Assembly: GCF_009914755.1 (NCBI RefSeq)
Contig: NC_060925.1
From: the human T2T-CHM13v2.0 reference genome, Homo sapiens
Strand: one strand, 5' to 3'
Length of the DNA stretch: 64,000 nt
Below are positions 31,180 to 45,306 of the stretch, one piece after another. Every line of letters begins with the position of its first letter. Position 1 is the stretch's first letter. The notes beneath the pieces were generated by a model. That model saw nothing but the letters and a program-made list of their open reading frames with translations, was not told the origin of the DNA and did no database searches. The position numbers and the translations under genes are program-made.

Positions 31180-32180
31180 CCCTCTGTGGGGTGGCATAGA
31201 CTCTGCCACTTAATAAGCTCAAGTAGTCATACCCCTGCCAGGCCTTAGTTTGCTTCTATGTCAAATTGGGTTAATAGTAGCTACCAGGTAGGGGTTTGTG
31301 ATGCTTGAATGAGAAGGCATGAATGTGCCTGGTGAGGCATCTGGCACATAGTAATCACTTAAATGTTAGCAATCTTAGTTATCACTCATTCATTCAGTTC
31401 ATTCTACAAATTTGTGTGTGTACAATGTGCTGGGCAATGCTGTAGGCCTGAGGAACAAAGATAAAAATCCTGCCCTTGTGGAGGAGGTGGACAAACAATA
31501 AATGAATGTGTCCTATTATATGCTAGGTGAGAAGACCTGTGGAGGGAAATGATTGAGCAGGATGAGGGGGATCAAGAGTGCCAGGTAAATACAGTGGTCA
31601 GGGTAGGCCTCACTAAAAAGAAGATGTTTGTACAAAGACCTGAGGGAGGTGAGGAAGTGAGCCCTCTCCAACAAAGAGGAATCTGGGCAGAGGGAACAGC
31701 TTGTGCAGAGGCCCTGATGTAGATGCCTGTCTAGTGCGTTTAGAGAACAGCAGGCAGGCTGGTTGGGCCAGATCTCAGTGAACATGGAGAAACTAGTAGG
31801 AGATAAGGACTGGGGGGCTGGGGGAGTCATAAGGGTCCTGGAAGCCCATCATTAAGTCCTTGGTGCCTAGTTTTACTCTAAGTAAAAGCCAGAGGGTTTT
31901 GAGCAGATGAATCGCATGTACTGCCTTGGATCTTAAAAAAGATCATTCTGGCTAATACATTGAGAAGAGACTAAGAACAGGAGAGGGAGGGTGGAGGCAA
32001 GGAGACCAGTTAGAAGATGATTGCTATAATCCAGATGAGAGAGGATGGTTTAGACCAGGATGATAACAGTGAAAATGGAAAGTGATTGGACTTTAGATAT
32101 ATTTTGAAGCTGATAGGATTTCTCAACTACATGATATAGGAGATGGGGGCTGGGCATCAAAGATGATTACAGGGTATTAG
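31180..32180. mobile_element. MIR fragment followed by an L2 3' fragment
   Basis: MIR-like core 31180-31380; cattcattcagttcattctacaaa...ctgtaggcctgagg...gagggaacagc...gagggttttgagcag is typical of L2. Confidence 0.6.
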
Positions 32181-33099
32181 CATGAGAGCAGAGAGGGACA
32201 GGTAGCCCTGTTCTCTGCCCCTCATATGTCCCTCTTTTTGGGAGGGAGGGTTTCATTAGGCTATTGGGGTGCACCTTATGATCTTTAATATCTGATGTCT
32301 TGGTTTGCCCTCATAATCATCTACTAAACCTTGGTAAGAAGGAAAGGGCATCTACTCCCTTTACATTGTGAATCCTGCTTTTTTGAGAAGCGTCCCAGGT
32401 AGCTTAACAAATTACCAGCACTCCTGCCAGCAAGCCTGGCTCTCCAGCACAGCAGACCCAACTTGGCACAGCCTTGCCATCTCTGGTCCCTGGGGAGAAA
32501 GGACCAGCAAGGCCCTGCCCCTTTGGCAAGTCTGCCTCTGCCTGTCTGGGGCTAAAGATTCCCTGCCCAGAACACTCCTTTCCCAGGCTCTGGCTTTCCC
32601 TCCTACTGGGAACCTGACTTCTCAGGCTGGTGGGGCAGGGAGTCTCTGGGGAGCAACCCAATTTGCTTCTAGAGGTTTGGCCAAACCTCACAGCTCTGCG
32701 GGGCTCAGCTGTGCCCCTAAGCTGGAGGCCAGGGTGATGTGCTTGGGCACTGGGAGTCAGGAGACCCTGGATAAGCCATCAGGCACCACTTCCCTAACCA
32801 GCCCCTGTGTCTCTCTCCTAAGCACTAGCAAGTGAATGTGGTCTCAAAAGAGGGCCCTCACACCCCTAACTGCATAGGTGTGGATGCTAGTTCATCCCCT
32901 GCCCCCCCACTTTCATCTCCCACCCCCCACATCTACCTTCCCAGACAGATGAGTATCTTATGTATGTCTCCTGATGCTTTTTGTTTTATAGGATAGGGAA
33001 ATGGAGGCCATCCCAAACTCTGCAAATAATGCTCCCTTGGGTACCTATTTTCCCATTTTCAAAATCTTTATCTGTTCAGATGTCTTCCTCAGGTCCTAA

Positions 33100-33468
<369 letters not shown>

Positions 33469-33944
33469 TAGACATTTGCCTGTATACCACGTCTGCATTC
33501 CTTCCTCAGCAACAGAATAGCCCTTCACATTGACTAAAGTGTAAAGAAGGCCTCTGGCATCCAAGTCCTTTGCCTCCGTTTTGTCCCTGCAGCCTCCATC
33601 ATCCACTTCTTGTTCTCTCTGTGAAGCTCAGTTGAAGTTCCCTTCCTCTGATTCTGACCCTCCTCAGCTGCTAACCTTTTTTCAAGACAAAAGTCACCCT
33701 ACCCTGCCTCTGGGAAACCCTTCAAACCGGCAACCAACAGCTTCCAGTGCCAAAACCAGGACTAATTTGCCTCAGCGTGTAAACAACTTGAACACCAACT
33801 GGCATTAATCACCATGGTAGGATTGCCCCTCTTCCCTTCAAGGGTAGCCCCACCTGGGGACCCATGAAAGGACCCAAATATAAGGAAAGCACTGAGAATA
33901 ATTCTGCCTATCTCTTGTCCCTCTGGGAAAGTGCGTAGAGAGTA

Positions 33945-34145
33945 GGTGTGGTATGTATGTGGTGCATGTTCTGTGTGTGTGTGTGTCATATATCTGTGTG
34001 GTATGTATTGTGTATGTGGTTTGTGTTTGGTGTGTATGTGTCTGTATATTGTGTATAAGGTGTGTGATGTGAGTGGTGTATGTGGTTTGTGGTGTGTATG
34101 TGTCTGTATAGTGTGTGTGGCATGTGGTGTGTGTACACACAGGTA
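33945..34145 (+). repeat. Degenerate (TG)n low-complexity tract
   Basis: About 200 nt of interrupted TG/TGTA repeats. Confidence 0.9.
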
Positions 34146-34899
34146 TGTAAGCAAACGTATGTTGGTAGGGAGGATGCTGCTAATCAAGTACTGCGTGGCA
34201 TCTGAAAACTTTGTGGCCCCACCTTTCTTGTTCTCTTTTTATTCAATCTGAGTAGTAGTACTTCCCTTAGTACCTACTTAGTCCTTAGTAGAATGGTAGT
34301 ATCTCTCAGTGGTGTGTGTTTGTGCCTCTGTGAGTGTGTGTACATGCATACACCTAGGCACACAGGTGTGTATATGTGTGTGACAGAAGAGGGGCACATG
34401 TGCTTAAAGGGAATGCCCACAAGTTATAGTCTTAAAGACTCTGCCCTGATGCTCCCCTAAAGCTCCTGGATCTTAGAATTAGGACACATGTGTGGGCTCT
34501 GCCTCCATCTTGCATGACCTTGAGCAAGGAGCTTGTTCTTCCTGGCCTTTGTGTGTGAGCCAATGGATGGCAGCTCACTCTGCTTTTAAATCACTGCAGC
34601 ATTTACCTGTTAATATGACATAAAAGTTCTATGTGAATCCCAAGAACCACTTTAATATTTAATGTTCTCAGAGCTGGAGCCTGGGGCATACTCAATCAGT
34701 AGCAGATAAGATTTTATGTCTGGTTAAGAATTTATCCAGCTTATACTTGTTACTAAGATAAGTGAGTGGTCCCATGGCTGACTAGTTTCATTTTGCCCAT
34801 TTTTAGACTGAAAGTTCCACCCTCTCTAAGTCCTGGGCAGATTAGGATGGTTGTCTCTAACTGGATCTCATACTTGAGCAAATCAGGAAGGAAAGGGTC

Positions 34900-35290
34900 T
34901 TTTTTATTTATTTTATTTTAGAGACAAGGTCTCATTTTGTTGCCCAGGCTGGAGTGCAATGACGTGATCACTGCTGCTCACTGCAGCCTCAAACTCCTGA
35001 GGTCAAAACAATCTTCCCACTTCGGCTTCCTGAGTAGCTGTGACTACAGGTGCACCACATCATGCCTGGCTAATTTTTGTCTTTTTTGTGGAGACAAGGT
35101 TTCACCATGTTGCCCAGGCTGGTCTCGAACTCCTAAACATAAGCAATTCACCCACCTTGGCCTCCCAAAGTGCTAGGATTACAGACGTGAGATACCATGC
35201 CTGGCCTCTTTATTTTATTTATTTTTGAGACAGCGTCTCTCTCTGTTGCCCAGGCTAGAGTGTAATGACATGATCATGGCTCACTGCCAC
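34900..35290 (-). mobile_element. Alu (J-like) plus a partial right arm
   Basis: Antisense; ends about 70 nt upstream of exon 3. Confidence 0.85.
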
Positions 35291-35358
35291 TTCAAAACTG
35301 CCTTTTATCATTTTCCTTTTTTCCTACATTCATTCATCCACTCCTATCTCCTTTTCAG

Positions 35359-35556
35359 GTCTGTCTGGGAACCCTGCAGATCTGGAGAAACGTAGGCAGG
35401 TGTTTGGACACAACGTGATCCCCCCCAAAAAGCCCAAGACTTTCTTAGAATTAGTGTGGGAAGCTCTTCAAGATGTCACGCTTATCATCCTGGAGATTGC
35501 AGCCATCATCTCCCTGGTCCTGTCCTTTTATCGCCCTGCTGGTGAAGAAAATGAAC
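35359..35556 (+). CDS. ATP2B4: PMCA4 exon 3 (c.194-391; TM1)
   Basis: ttttcag|GT; [17 protein letters not shown]...[20 protein letters not shown]; donor AAC|gtgagt. Confidence 0.97.
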
Positions 35557-35825
35557 GTGAGTGTCCTAAACAGCTCAGCGTGACTCTTATCTGGGTTCTT
35601 TCCACCACCACCACCAAGCGCTTAGTATTGGTGGCTGACAGGTTATAGCTTAAAACATTTCCCCCATTATCCAGAGTGGGCTTTCCAAAGGAAACCAAGC
35701 AGTAGCTACTAAGCTATTCTTCCAACTCATCCTTATTCCAAGGGTTCCTCCCCACCCCACCCTCACCCTCTGTCTTCTATTAAATCCTTTTTCGGAATGT
35801 CAGGAATCCTCTACCCTTTTAAGAC

Positions 35826-36276
35826 ATTTTATTTATTTATTAATTATTATTATTATTATTATTTTAATGGAATCTTGCTCTGTCACCCAGGCTGGGTGCA
35901 GCAGCTTAATCTGGGCTCACTGCAACCTCCTGGGTTCAAGCAATTCTCGTGCCTCGGCCTCCTGAGTAGCTGGGATTACAGGCGTGTGCCATCACGCCTG
36001 GCTAATTTTTGTATTTTTAGTAGAGACAGGGCCTTACCATGTTGGCCAGACTGGTATCAAACTCCTGACCTCAGGTGATCCACCCGCCTTGGCCTCCTAA
36101 AGTGCTGGGATTACAGGCGTGACCCACTTGCCTGGCCTATTTAATAATTTTTACAACATAGAGACAAGGTCTCACTATGTTGCCCAGGTTGGTCTCAAAC
36201 CCCTGGGGTCAAGCGATCTGCCTGCCTTGGCCTCCCAGAGTGCTGGGATTGCAGGTGTGAACCAACACCCCCAGCC
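35826..36276 (-). mobile_element. AluS inserted in the tail of a FLAM-like monomer
   Basis: Outer TSD AGGAAT(C/T)CTCTACCCTT at 35802 and 36277. Confidence 0.85.
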
Positions 36277-36661
36277 AGGAATTCTCTACCCTTATCCAAC
36301 CAACAAAACCCTACATCTCAAAGTGCCCCCTGCCACCAATTGTCTGGCATGATGGGAAACAGTAGTGAAAGCCTGACCATGTTGGGAACCATAAGTGTGA
36401 CCTTACATGTGACTTCCCTAAATTTGATAGTTTGTACTATTTAGTCATTTGCCTCTTTTGGATTAACATAAATAGTTACACTAGTGATAAGACAATACTC
36501 AATCCTGCTATCCTCTGATATCCTCTTCCAGCCAACAGTTGTATTTGCTATTATTCACTTTTCCTGACTTTCTATCTTGGGGTGATTGTGGAAGCACTAC
36601 TCCTATTTCTTAATGTCAACAAAAGCCCTTCAGTGACTATTTCTCTCCCTTCCTGGGATAG

Positions 36662-36919
36662 TGTGTGGTCAAGTCGCAACTACCCCAGAAGATGAAAATG
36701 AGGCACAAGCTGGCTGGATTGAGGGGGCAGCCATCCTTTTCTCAGTGATCATCGTGGTGTTAGTGACTGCCTTTAATGATTGGAGCAAAGAGAAGCAATT
36801 CCGGGGGCTGCAGTGCCGCATTGAACAGGAGCAAAAGTTCTCCATCATCCGAAACGGTCAACTCATCCAGCTCCCTGTGGCTGAGATTGTGGTTGGTGAT
36901 ATTGCCCAAGTCAAATACG
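36662..36919 (+). CDS. ATP2B4: PMCA4 exon 4 (c.392-649; TM2, A-domain)
   Basis: gatag|TG; [30 protein letters not shown]; donor ACG|gtgaga. Confidence 0.97.
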
Positions 36920-37331
36920 GTGAGAGCTCCGTGTTTCTTTTGCTTACCCCACCACCACCCCCATTTAAGGGATAGGTCCTTTGGCATGAGGGGGCTGGGA
37001 ATTGCTGAAAACCCAAAAAGATAAGATCCAAAATTGTATTCACTTCTAGGTTAGAGTTTAAAGAGGTTGTGGGAAGCCATTTCAGAAAGGAGTAGCTGAA
37101 ACTCTGTCGCAAGATTGTCAGACTTGTACCCTGTGTGTCTTAGGGTTAAAAGTGTATAACATTCAGGCCATGGAAAGGTGTTGGGGATGAATAAGAGTTT
37201 GAATTTATAATGCCTGGAAAGCAACCTTCTCCCAGATTGTACAGAGCTGAAGACTTGTAAAGAGTCTCCATGTACTCTCGGCCATTGCTGTCTAGATAGG
37301 GCCCATGGGAACAGCCATGAGATAGGGTTGA

Positions 37332-37700
<369 letters not shown>

Positions 37701-37999
37701 TGAAGTTTTCCATGAAACAAGTGTTATAAGGGCCTTGAAGGGGCTTTGCTGGTTGCAGGGGTGGCGGGGGCAGGAGGGAGGGCTTACCCTAAAGCGGTTA
37801 GACACATTTTCCTCCTTACTCCCAATTTGTCTGGTCTGTTTTAAATGCGCCCAGCTCTTGACCTTTTCCTACTGTGCTAAGCACATCATTATCCATGGGG
37901 TAGGGAGGAGTATTTTTTCTTCTAAGTTTGTGTTTCATACCAAATCATGTCTAGGTATTAAAAAACCCATTCCTTCCCATCTTCTCCTTTCCCGTGTAG

Positions 38000-38125
38000 G
38001 GACCCATGTCATGGAAGGTTCTGGCCGGATGGTGGTGACAGCTGTTGGTGTCAACTCTCAGACTGGAATCATCCTTACTCTCTTGGGGGTCAATGAGGAT
38101 GACGAAGGGGAGAAAAAGAAGAAAG
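38000..38125 (+). CDS. ATP2B4: PMCA4 exon 6 (c.776-901)
   Basis: gtgtag|GG; [22 protein letters not shown]...EKKKK; donor AAG|gtaagg. Confidence 0.97.
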
Positions 38126-39245
38126 GTAAGGGGCATCTGGAATGAGATTCTCTTTCCTCTCATCCCCATGGACAAACAAGGAAGCGAGGGAGCAGATCTG
38201 GATAGAAAGCATGGTTGGAAGAATCTGCTGCCATGAAGAAAGCAGATATCCAAACTCCTTGCTGAGATAAAGATGTAAATCCTTGGCTCCAGGGAGCTCT
38301 GATGAAAACCAGATCCTGGCTCTAGGCTCCCAAATCAGGTTGAATTTGAGCCTTGATTTTTATGTCTAATGGTAGCTTGTAAAGGGATGAGTTATAAAGC
38401 CTGCCCTAAATAAACTGGCTAGGTGCTGGTAGCCCCAAATGCCTTCCGTGTACTCCCCCTCCTTCCCCAACTTTCTTCCTCAAAGATGGGGGGTTAAACG
38501 AACCATCAAGACTAAGAGAAAATTGGCCAGAAGAGTAAAATAGATTTCTGCCGAAACTGTAGGCTCTCAATGGAAGAGACACACAGCTAGAAGAGTAGGA
38601 ACAGTTAGTTCAGTCTTTGCCACTCAGTTATTCCTGAAGGAAAGAATAAGAGGGAGAAAGAGGAGAAGATACTAAAACCAAGTCTACACGTTTCCCTAAG
38701 CATTCCTTCTTCCCTTAGGGGAGAGAAGGTTTCTACCACTTGGCTGGAGAATCATCTTGAGCTGTTTAGTGGAGGACAGTTTATGAAAAGGAAACAAAAC
38801 ACATTCTCTCAGGAACTAAATAATTCATTTCTGCAGCTGCCTGCAGATGAATAAGGGGGAAGCTTGCCTGGTGCTGTTGAAGTAACACGGAGACACCTTT
38901 CAAAGTCTTTGCCATCAGGCAGAAACGGTTCAAACCTCTCACTTCCTAATCCCCACCCCATTTTTCCAAGCAATGTGACTCAGGCCAGGAGCAAGAGAAA
39001 GCACCTCAGGTATGAGTATGCACTCACCTACATGAGCGTTTTGGTGGATATCCCGAGGATTCATGACAGCCTCTAGCAAGAATGAATGAAAACAGAGATG
39101 TGAGCTTCCTTTACATTTATGTCCCTTCCCTGCAACCCAAACACTTTGCTGTTGTCCTTCTGGGCTCTGAGCAGGACCAACAAATTGGATCTCTTAATAG
39201 TTACTTTGGGTTTCGACCCCACTTTTTTCTTTCTTGTTCAAACAG

Positions 39246-39281
39246 GTAAAAAACAAGGAGTCCCTGAAAATCGCAACAAAG
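39246..39281 (+). CDS. ATP2B4: PMCA4 exon 7, 36-nt alternative splice site A exon (x includes, z skips)
   Basis: Pyrimidine tract plus aacag|GTAAAA; GKKQGVPENRNK; donor AAG|gtaacc; symmetric phase-1 exon; PMCA4 site A x/z splicing is established. Confidence 0.93.
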
Positions 39282-40363
39282 GTAACCTCTCCAACTACTC
39301 ATTTACCATCTCTACCTGCCCACACTCAAACCAGACCTTTCCAGGCCATCTTCCTTCTCCCTTTTCCTCTCCATAAATCTGTTATCTGCTGCTGTGGCTC
39401 AGATGCCTCATCCTGAGGAAGGTGCAGAGATTTTTGGGGTGGTCTCAAGGTCCTGATCCCAATCTAAGATGGGACAACAGCACCCTCTGCTGTTGGCTCA
39501 CAGAATGTCATGTCAAGGTTTGTCTTGGGGAGTGTGTAGGATTGATCTGCTCTTCCTAGGGAGCTGAACTCTGCTTCATTGACCTCAGCCTGATTTAAAC
39601 ACCAACAGTCATCAGTTTCTGGGTTGGAAGACTTCAGGGTCCTCATGGTGGAGGGAGGTGGGGTGGGTAGTCCCTGCACCGTCCTCTTGCTAGCTTCCTC
39701 ATAAGTGTCCTCTTCTGGTCTGGATCCCTTCTCTGCTGGTCTTCTCAGGGGTGCTTGGAGAGAGCCCTTTCTCTGTATCTCTCTCCCCACCTCCCTTCTT
39801 TGTTCTTGCCACAGTCTGTTTTCTTCCTCCTGATCTGATGTGTGTGTCTCTTTTGGTGACTGTGTTCACATTCTGTCTCCGTCTTCTTGTTTGTGAGTCT
39901 GACAGCAGGGACTACTCAGGAAGGGTATCCTAAGCAAGGGGCTGAGCCCTATAGCAGTGAAAGTGGAGTGGTGCTGGGAGCCAGCAAGAACTACTGTCTT
40001 GTGACGCTCCTAGAGATTTGTTTTTACTTTGTAACCCACATCACAGCAGTCTTTAGAAATAAAGTCATCACATTGGAAAACCAGAGCTAAACAGAAATAA
40101 TTCTTTAATTTTAGGTCTTTAACTCTTCTTTTAAAAGCAAAATGGATTTATATGTCTCTCTTTATCCCTGCTTTCTCTTATTCCAGGAGGTCCCTCACAC
40201 CAGCTTCTTCCCTCTTCCCCAAAAGACTTAACCCCAGGTCCCACTCTGTATCTCTCTACCTTTGTCAGGCAGGGAAGAAAGGGAATTTTCTTTTCCTATC
40301 CTCAACTGCTAGAAGGGGCTGGAAAATACCCTGGGTCTGGGGGTATGTGTTTCTTCCCTGACA

Positions 40364-40366
<3 letters not shown>

Positions 40367-40400
<34 letters not shown>
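40367..40400 (+). repeat. (GA)17 microsatellite
   Basis: Direct reading. Confidence 0.95.
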
Positions 40401-40403
<3 letters not shown>

Positions 40404-40853
40404 ACCATTTAACAGAGCAATCTTGTGCTCCAGAAACATCTGCCAACCCTCTCCTTCAGCCCCTTTCTGCAGTAAAGATTCACTATTTTAAGCACTGAGT
40501 TCCAGGAAGGATGGTTGTTTTAATAGTGCTTAGTGACATGATTAATCCCCTTGCTGGAATAAACCTAGCTTGGGACTCTGAGGTAGTACCAGGAAGCTGC
40601 CACTGAAGAAGAAATCCATACCCTAAAAGCACCCCAGTTTCATCTAAACTCATTAGAATATTATTCCAAAGGCCCTAATAGAGTGTTGAAGGCAAGTTCC
40701 ATGTCTAGCATGGGTTGGAAGTGGTCGGAACTGATGTCAGGGTCCAAGGTATATTCCGGGAAAGAGACAGGAAGGTTTTCTGGTTTCCACCTGCCTGCCA
40801 CTCAGTGCTACCACCTTGCCTGCTCACCTGTCCTATTTGTGTGTACACTCCAG

Positions 40854-41015
40854 CAAAGACCCAAGACGGAGTGGCCCTGGAAATCCAGCCACTCAACAGC
40901 CAGGAGGGAATCGACAATGAGGAAAAGGACAAGAAGGCAGTCAAGGTGCCTAAAAAGGAGAAGTCAGTGCTGCAGGGCAAGCTGACTCGCCTGGCTGTTC
41001 AGATTGGGAAAGCCG
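40854..41015 (+). CDS. ATP2B4: PMCA4 exon 8 (c.938-1099; basic phospholipid-binding region before TM3)
   Basis: ctccag|CA; [14 protein letters not shown]...[21 protein letters not shown]; donor CCG|gtgagt. Confidence 0.97.
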
Positions 41016-41628
41016 GTGAGTAGGGTAGAGCCTCGTTGTGGTTTATCAATGTTGTCTTGGATCCTCATCACTTTTATCCCCTTCTTTCTGCACCGACCGA
41101 GACTGGCAGAAAGAAGCTGAAACTTCAGGGTGGCTAGTTGGGGCTAGGCGGCTGTTTCCCTATCTCCGCCACTGTTTGGTCGCTCCCTAGGCTTTTTCAG
41201 AGAGAAATGTTTTCCTGTGTGTAAGGGTTAATGGCCCTGAGATCTCTTAATCCAAATGAATGAGAAACAAAGAGCATATATTACAGCAGGGGAGATTTAC
41301 ATTAGCAAGAAGGAAGACTTTAATAACTGCTTACCTGTCTCTTGCTTTGGGTTGTAAATTCCTTAAAGATAGAGAAGGCTGCAGCTTGCTACAGGCAATT
41401 CTCTAGCATAGGAGTAGGATCTGGCTAAGCACAGAGCAATAAATACCAAGTAAGGACTGGAGGAAGAAGGAAGGCTGTGGTTACAGAGGCTCTCTCCAGA
41501 AGAGAGGTAACTAAATAATGCACTCTGCATATGAGGAAGTGGCTTCTCCATCACTTGCCTCTACATTTTCCTGTCTCACCACCTTCTTTCAATGGAGGGG
41601 GAGAAAGGGGAGTGGGAAGAAGAAATAG

Positions 41629-41981
<353 letters not shown>

Positions 41982-42079
41982 AGAGAGTAGTTTTTTACCA
42001 CTGTTTATTCTCTGATTCCACCTTTCTGTTTACCACAATCATAATCAGCACATCTCTGCACTTTATACAGCTGTATACA

Positions 42080-42412
42080 ACTTACCTCGGGTTCTTGTTA
42101 AAGTGTAGATTCAGTTCAGGGGGTCTGGTGTGGAGCCCGAGATTCTGCATTCCTAATAAGCCCCCACAGGATGCCAGCACCGCTGATTCAGTTTGCACAC
42201 ATTGGATGGCAGGGATCTATGCTGCCCACCATAGCAGCCACTCACCACATGTGGCTGCTGCAATTTAAATTAATTAAAAGTAAATAAAGTTAAAAATCCA
42301 GTTGCTGGGGTAAATTTTAGTTGGTCACGAGCCACATGTGCTAGTAGTGGCTGTCATATTGGACAGCATAAATAGAGAACTTCTTAAGCGTCACAGAAAG
42401 ATCTATTGGACT
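42080..42412. mobile_element. MER5-like and MER3/MER33-like hAT fragments
   Basis: gagcccgagattctgcattcctaataag (MER5); gccactcaccacatgtggct...attggacagc (MER3/33). Confidence 0.55.
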
Positions 42413-42589
42413 GAGTTGGCCTAACCTCTTCATGTCCATTCTGGTACCCAGCTAATTTTAACTACTGTGAAATCTCTTGCATATAAACTATACATGGATG
42501 AGATGAATTGCAGGTGCAGAATCAAACACACAGGTTTGAAACATTAAATCTACCCCACCTAACCCTTGTACTATTCTCCTAATCCTTGC

Positions 42590-42918
42590 CTTGTTGTTGT
42601 TGTTGTTTGTTTGTTTTTGAGACAAAGTCTCACTCTGTCACCCAAGCTGGAGTGCAGTGATGCAATCTTGGCTCACTGCAACCTCCACCTCCGGGGTTCA
42701 AGTGAGTCTCCCGAGTAGCTGGGATTACAGATGTGCATCACCATGCCTGGCTAATTTTTAGTAAAGACAGATTTTTGCCATTTTGGGCAGGCTAGTCTCA
42801 AACTCCTATCCTCAAGTGATCTGCCCCTGGACTCAAGGAATCCCATGGCCTCAAGTGATCTGCCGGCCTCAGCCTCCCAAAGTGCTGGGATTATAGGCGT
42901 GAGCCACTGTACCTGTCC
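42590..42918 (-). mobile_element. AluS with a small internal duplication
   Basis: CCTCAAGTGATCTGCC is present twice. Confidence 0.85.
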
Positions 42919-43391
42919 CCTGCCTTGTTCTTCTTACAGAGTACAAGCTACCTGATGGCTGGCCACTAGTCTCCTCTGTTGCTTTATTTTATATATTAGG
43001 CCAGTCCAGGAATAGGGTGAGGCAAGTCAGATGCTTTCCACCACCTGGAGAGTGAGTTCCTTAAATTTTGCACTCTCAGTGGCTTGCTTCTCCACCTGAG
43101 TCCTGGCCCTAATCAAGCAAAGAACGGAAGAATTTGCTTTCATTGATATCATCATCTCTAGCCTTGCTTGGAGGCCCCCGAATCATCAGGCCCTTGGGAA
43201 AAGCAAAAACCAAAACCAGATAATGATTTAAAGCAGAGCTTTTCCCAAATATTGTGCCACAGTTAGGGACAGTTGTCCCCAGATATTGATTCCATCAGCC
43301 CTCAAAGCATCCAGGCAGCACCCATGGCAATCAGAACCCCTAAGCCAGTCGGTTTTGACCTTGAGCAGATTCTTTCACGTACTGTAATGTG

Positions 43392-43495
43392 TAGGGTAAC
43401 CAACCATCCCAGTTTGCTTGGGATTTTCTCAATTTTAGCAAAGCCCCACATCCCTGGAAACTGTTCAGTAGTCTCAGGATGGTTTGGTTACTCTA
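43392..43495 (-). mobile_element. MER81-like MITE (second copy)
   Basis: TAGGGTAACCAACCATCCC...GGATGGTTTGGTTACTCTA terminal inverted repeats. Confidence 0.65.
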
Positions 43496-44210
43496 CCAAT
43501 GGGCCATACCAAAGACTTCCCAGTACTTTCATTTCCTCATCTTTAAAAAGGCGGTAATAATAATGACCTATTTCACAGGGTTGTGAAGTGCTTGCCTGGC
43601 CCACAGCAGGTGCCCACATAAGTATTTACTATTATTGGCATCTTCTATGTGTGCCGTGACAAGAGAAATCTTGGGAAGCACTGTTCTAAGAGTTAGTCAT
43701 GCAGGTGATACACTAGCACCATAGAGGCATTGTTGTAAACAAGGTGTGAATTGTCCAACATTCAGAGGTTAGTAGAGGAGAAGTCAAAATTGATAAACTA
43801 CTATGAAATGGACAAGTACAGTCATGACATTATGAATCGCAGGGAGAGGGTGGGCGTGGAATAGGATCATAGAAAGCTGTTTCAGGAAACAGATCAACCC
43901 CCTGATTTATGAATGAGGAATTTGATCTAGGAAACAGGCCCAGAGAGGGTCAATGACTTGTCCAAAGCCACAAGTCAAGTTAGTGCAGTGCTGAGAATAG
44001 AACCTGTGTCTTTGAAATACGAAACCACTGTCTGTTCCCTATGCTATAATGTACAAGCAACAGAGAATGGGGGGGATTTTAGTAAGTCTTCCTGGCGATG
44101 GTGGTTTTAATAATTGGCAACAAAGGCTACAACTGATGCCAATCTATCTCTGGCTAGGGCCCTAGGACTGCCCTCCAGCCTGGGTTCATATGACTTGTTT
44201 CTCTGGACAG

Positions 44211-44425
44211 GTCTGCTCATGTCTGCTCTCACGGTTTTCATCCTGATTCTATACTTTGTGATTGACAACTTTGTGATAAATCGCAGACCATGGCTCCCTG
44301 AGTGTACTCCCATCTACATCCAGTACTTTGTCAAGTTCTTCATCATCGGCATCACTGTACTGGTGGTGGCTGTGCCAGAGGGGCTGCCTCTGGCTGTCAC
44401 CATCTCACTGGCCTACTCTGTGAAG
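44211..44425 (+). CDS. ATP2B4: PMCA4 exon 9 (c.1100-1314; TM3-TM4, PEGL)
   Basis: ggacag|GT; [23 protein letters not shown]; donor AAG|gtgaga. Confidence 0.97.
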
Positions 44426-44651
44426 GTGAGACTAGAACAATCCTATCTCTTCCTTTAGGATAGAGATGGGAGAGAAGGGTACCATGTAACCTTTAGTGAA
44501 AAGATAAGCCATTCTATCATCTATAAACTTTGGCTGGTGCCTCACAAGAGCAGAAGTCCCTGGTATTATGGAAGGACCATCTCTGTCAGATGCATCAATG
44601 TTGAAATGACCCAGCAGAATCTTAAGAGAATGACAAAAATGGTATCTTGGA

Positions 44652-44931
44652 TTTTTTTTTTTTTTTAAGACAGAGTCTCATTCTGTCACCCAGGCTGGAA
44701 TGCAATGATGCAACCTCCGCCTCCCGGGTTCAAGTGATTCTCGTGCCTCAGCCTCCCAAGTAGCTGGGATTACAGGTGTGCACCACCATGCCCAGTTACT
44801 TTTTGTATCTTTTACAGAGACAGGGTTTCACCATGTTGGCCAGGCTGGTCTTGAACTTCTGACCTCAGGTGATCTGCCCGTCTCAGCCTCCCGAAGTACT
44901 GAAATTACAGGCATGAATCACTGCACCCAGT
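44652..44931 (-). mobile_element. AluS
   Basis: TSD GTATCTTGGATTTTT. Confidence 0.9.
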
Positions 44932-45063
44932 CAGTATCTTGGATTTTTGTGTGGGACTGGAAGATGAAATGTGGAGAGATGTTGGCTAGGAAATGGCCTT
45001 TGACCTAGATTTAGGAGAGTCCAGTTAGTCCCCCTCTCAAGTCTTTTCTCTTCTCCTTTGTAG

Positions 45064-45306
45064 AAAATGATGAAAGACAATAACCTAGTACGGCACTTGG
45101 ATGCTTGTGAGACCATGGGCAACGCCACCGCCATCTGCTCTGATAAGACAGGCACGTTGACCATGAACCGCATGACTGTGGTACAAGCTTATATTGGGGG
45201 CATCCATTACCGTCAAATCCCAAGCCCTGATGTCTTCCTGCCCAAAGTCCTGGACCTCATTGTCAATGGCATTTCTATCAACAGTGCTTATACCTCCAAG
45301 ATTCTG
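45064..45306 (+). CDS. ATP2B4: PMCA4 exon 10 (c.1315-1557; catalytic DKTGTLT, Asp465 at 45142-45144)
   Basis: ttgtag|AAA; [19 protein letters not shown]; donor CTG|gtaagc. Confidence 0.98.

Noticed and set aside
33762-34251. His/Thr-rich and Cys/Val-rich ORFs
   Set aside because: Artefacts of the degenerate (TG)n tract.
39469-39507. Possible vestigial extra site-A exon like those of PMCA2
   Set aside because: Poor acceptor, no phase-compatible GT donor, only vague peptide similarity, and on the wrong side of the 36-nt exon.
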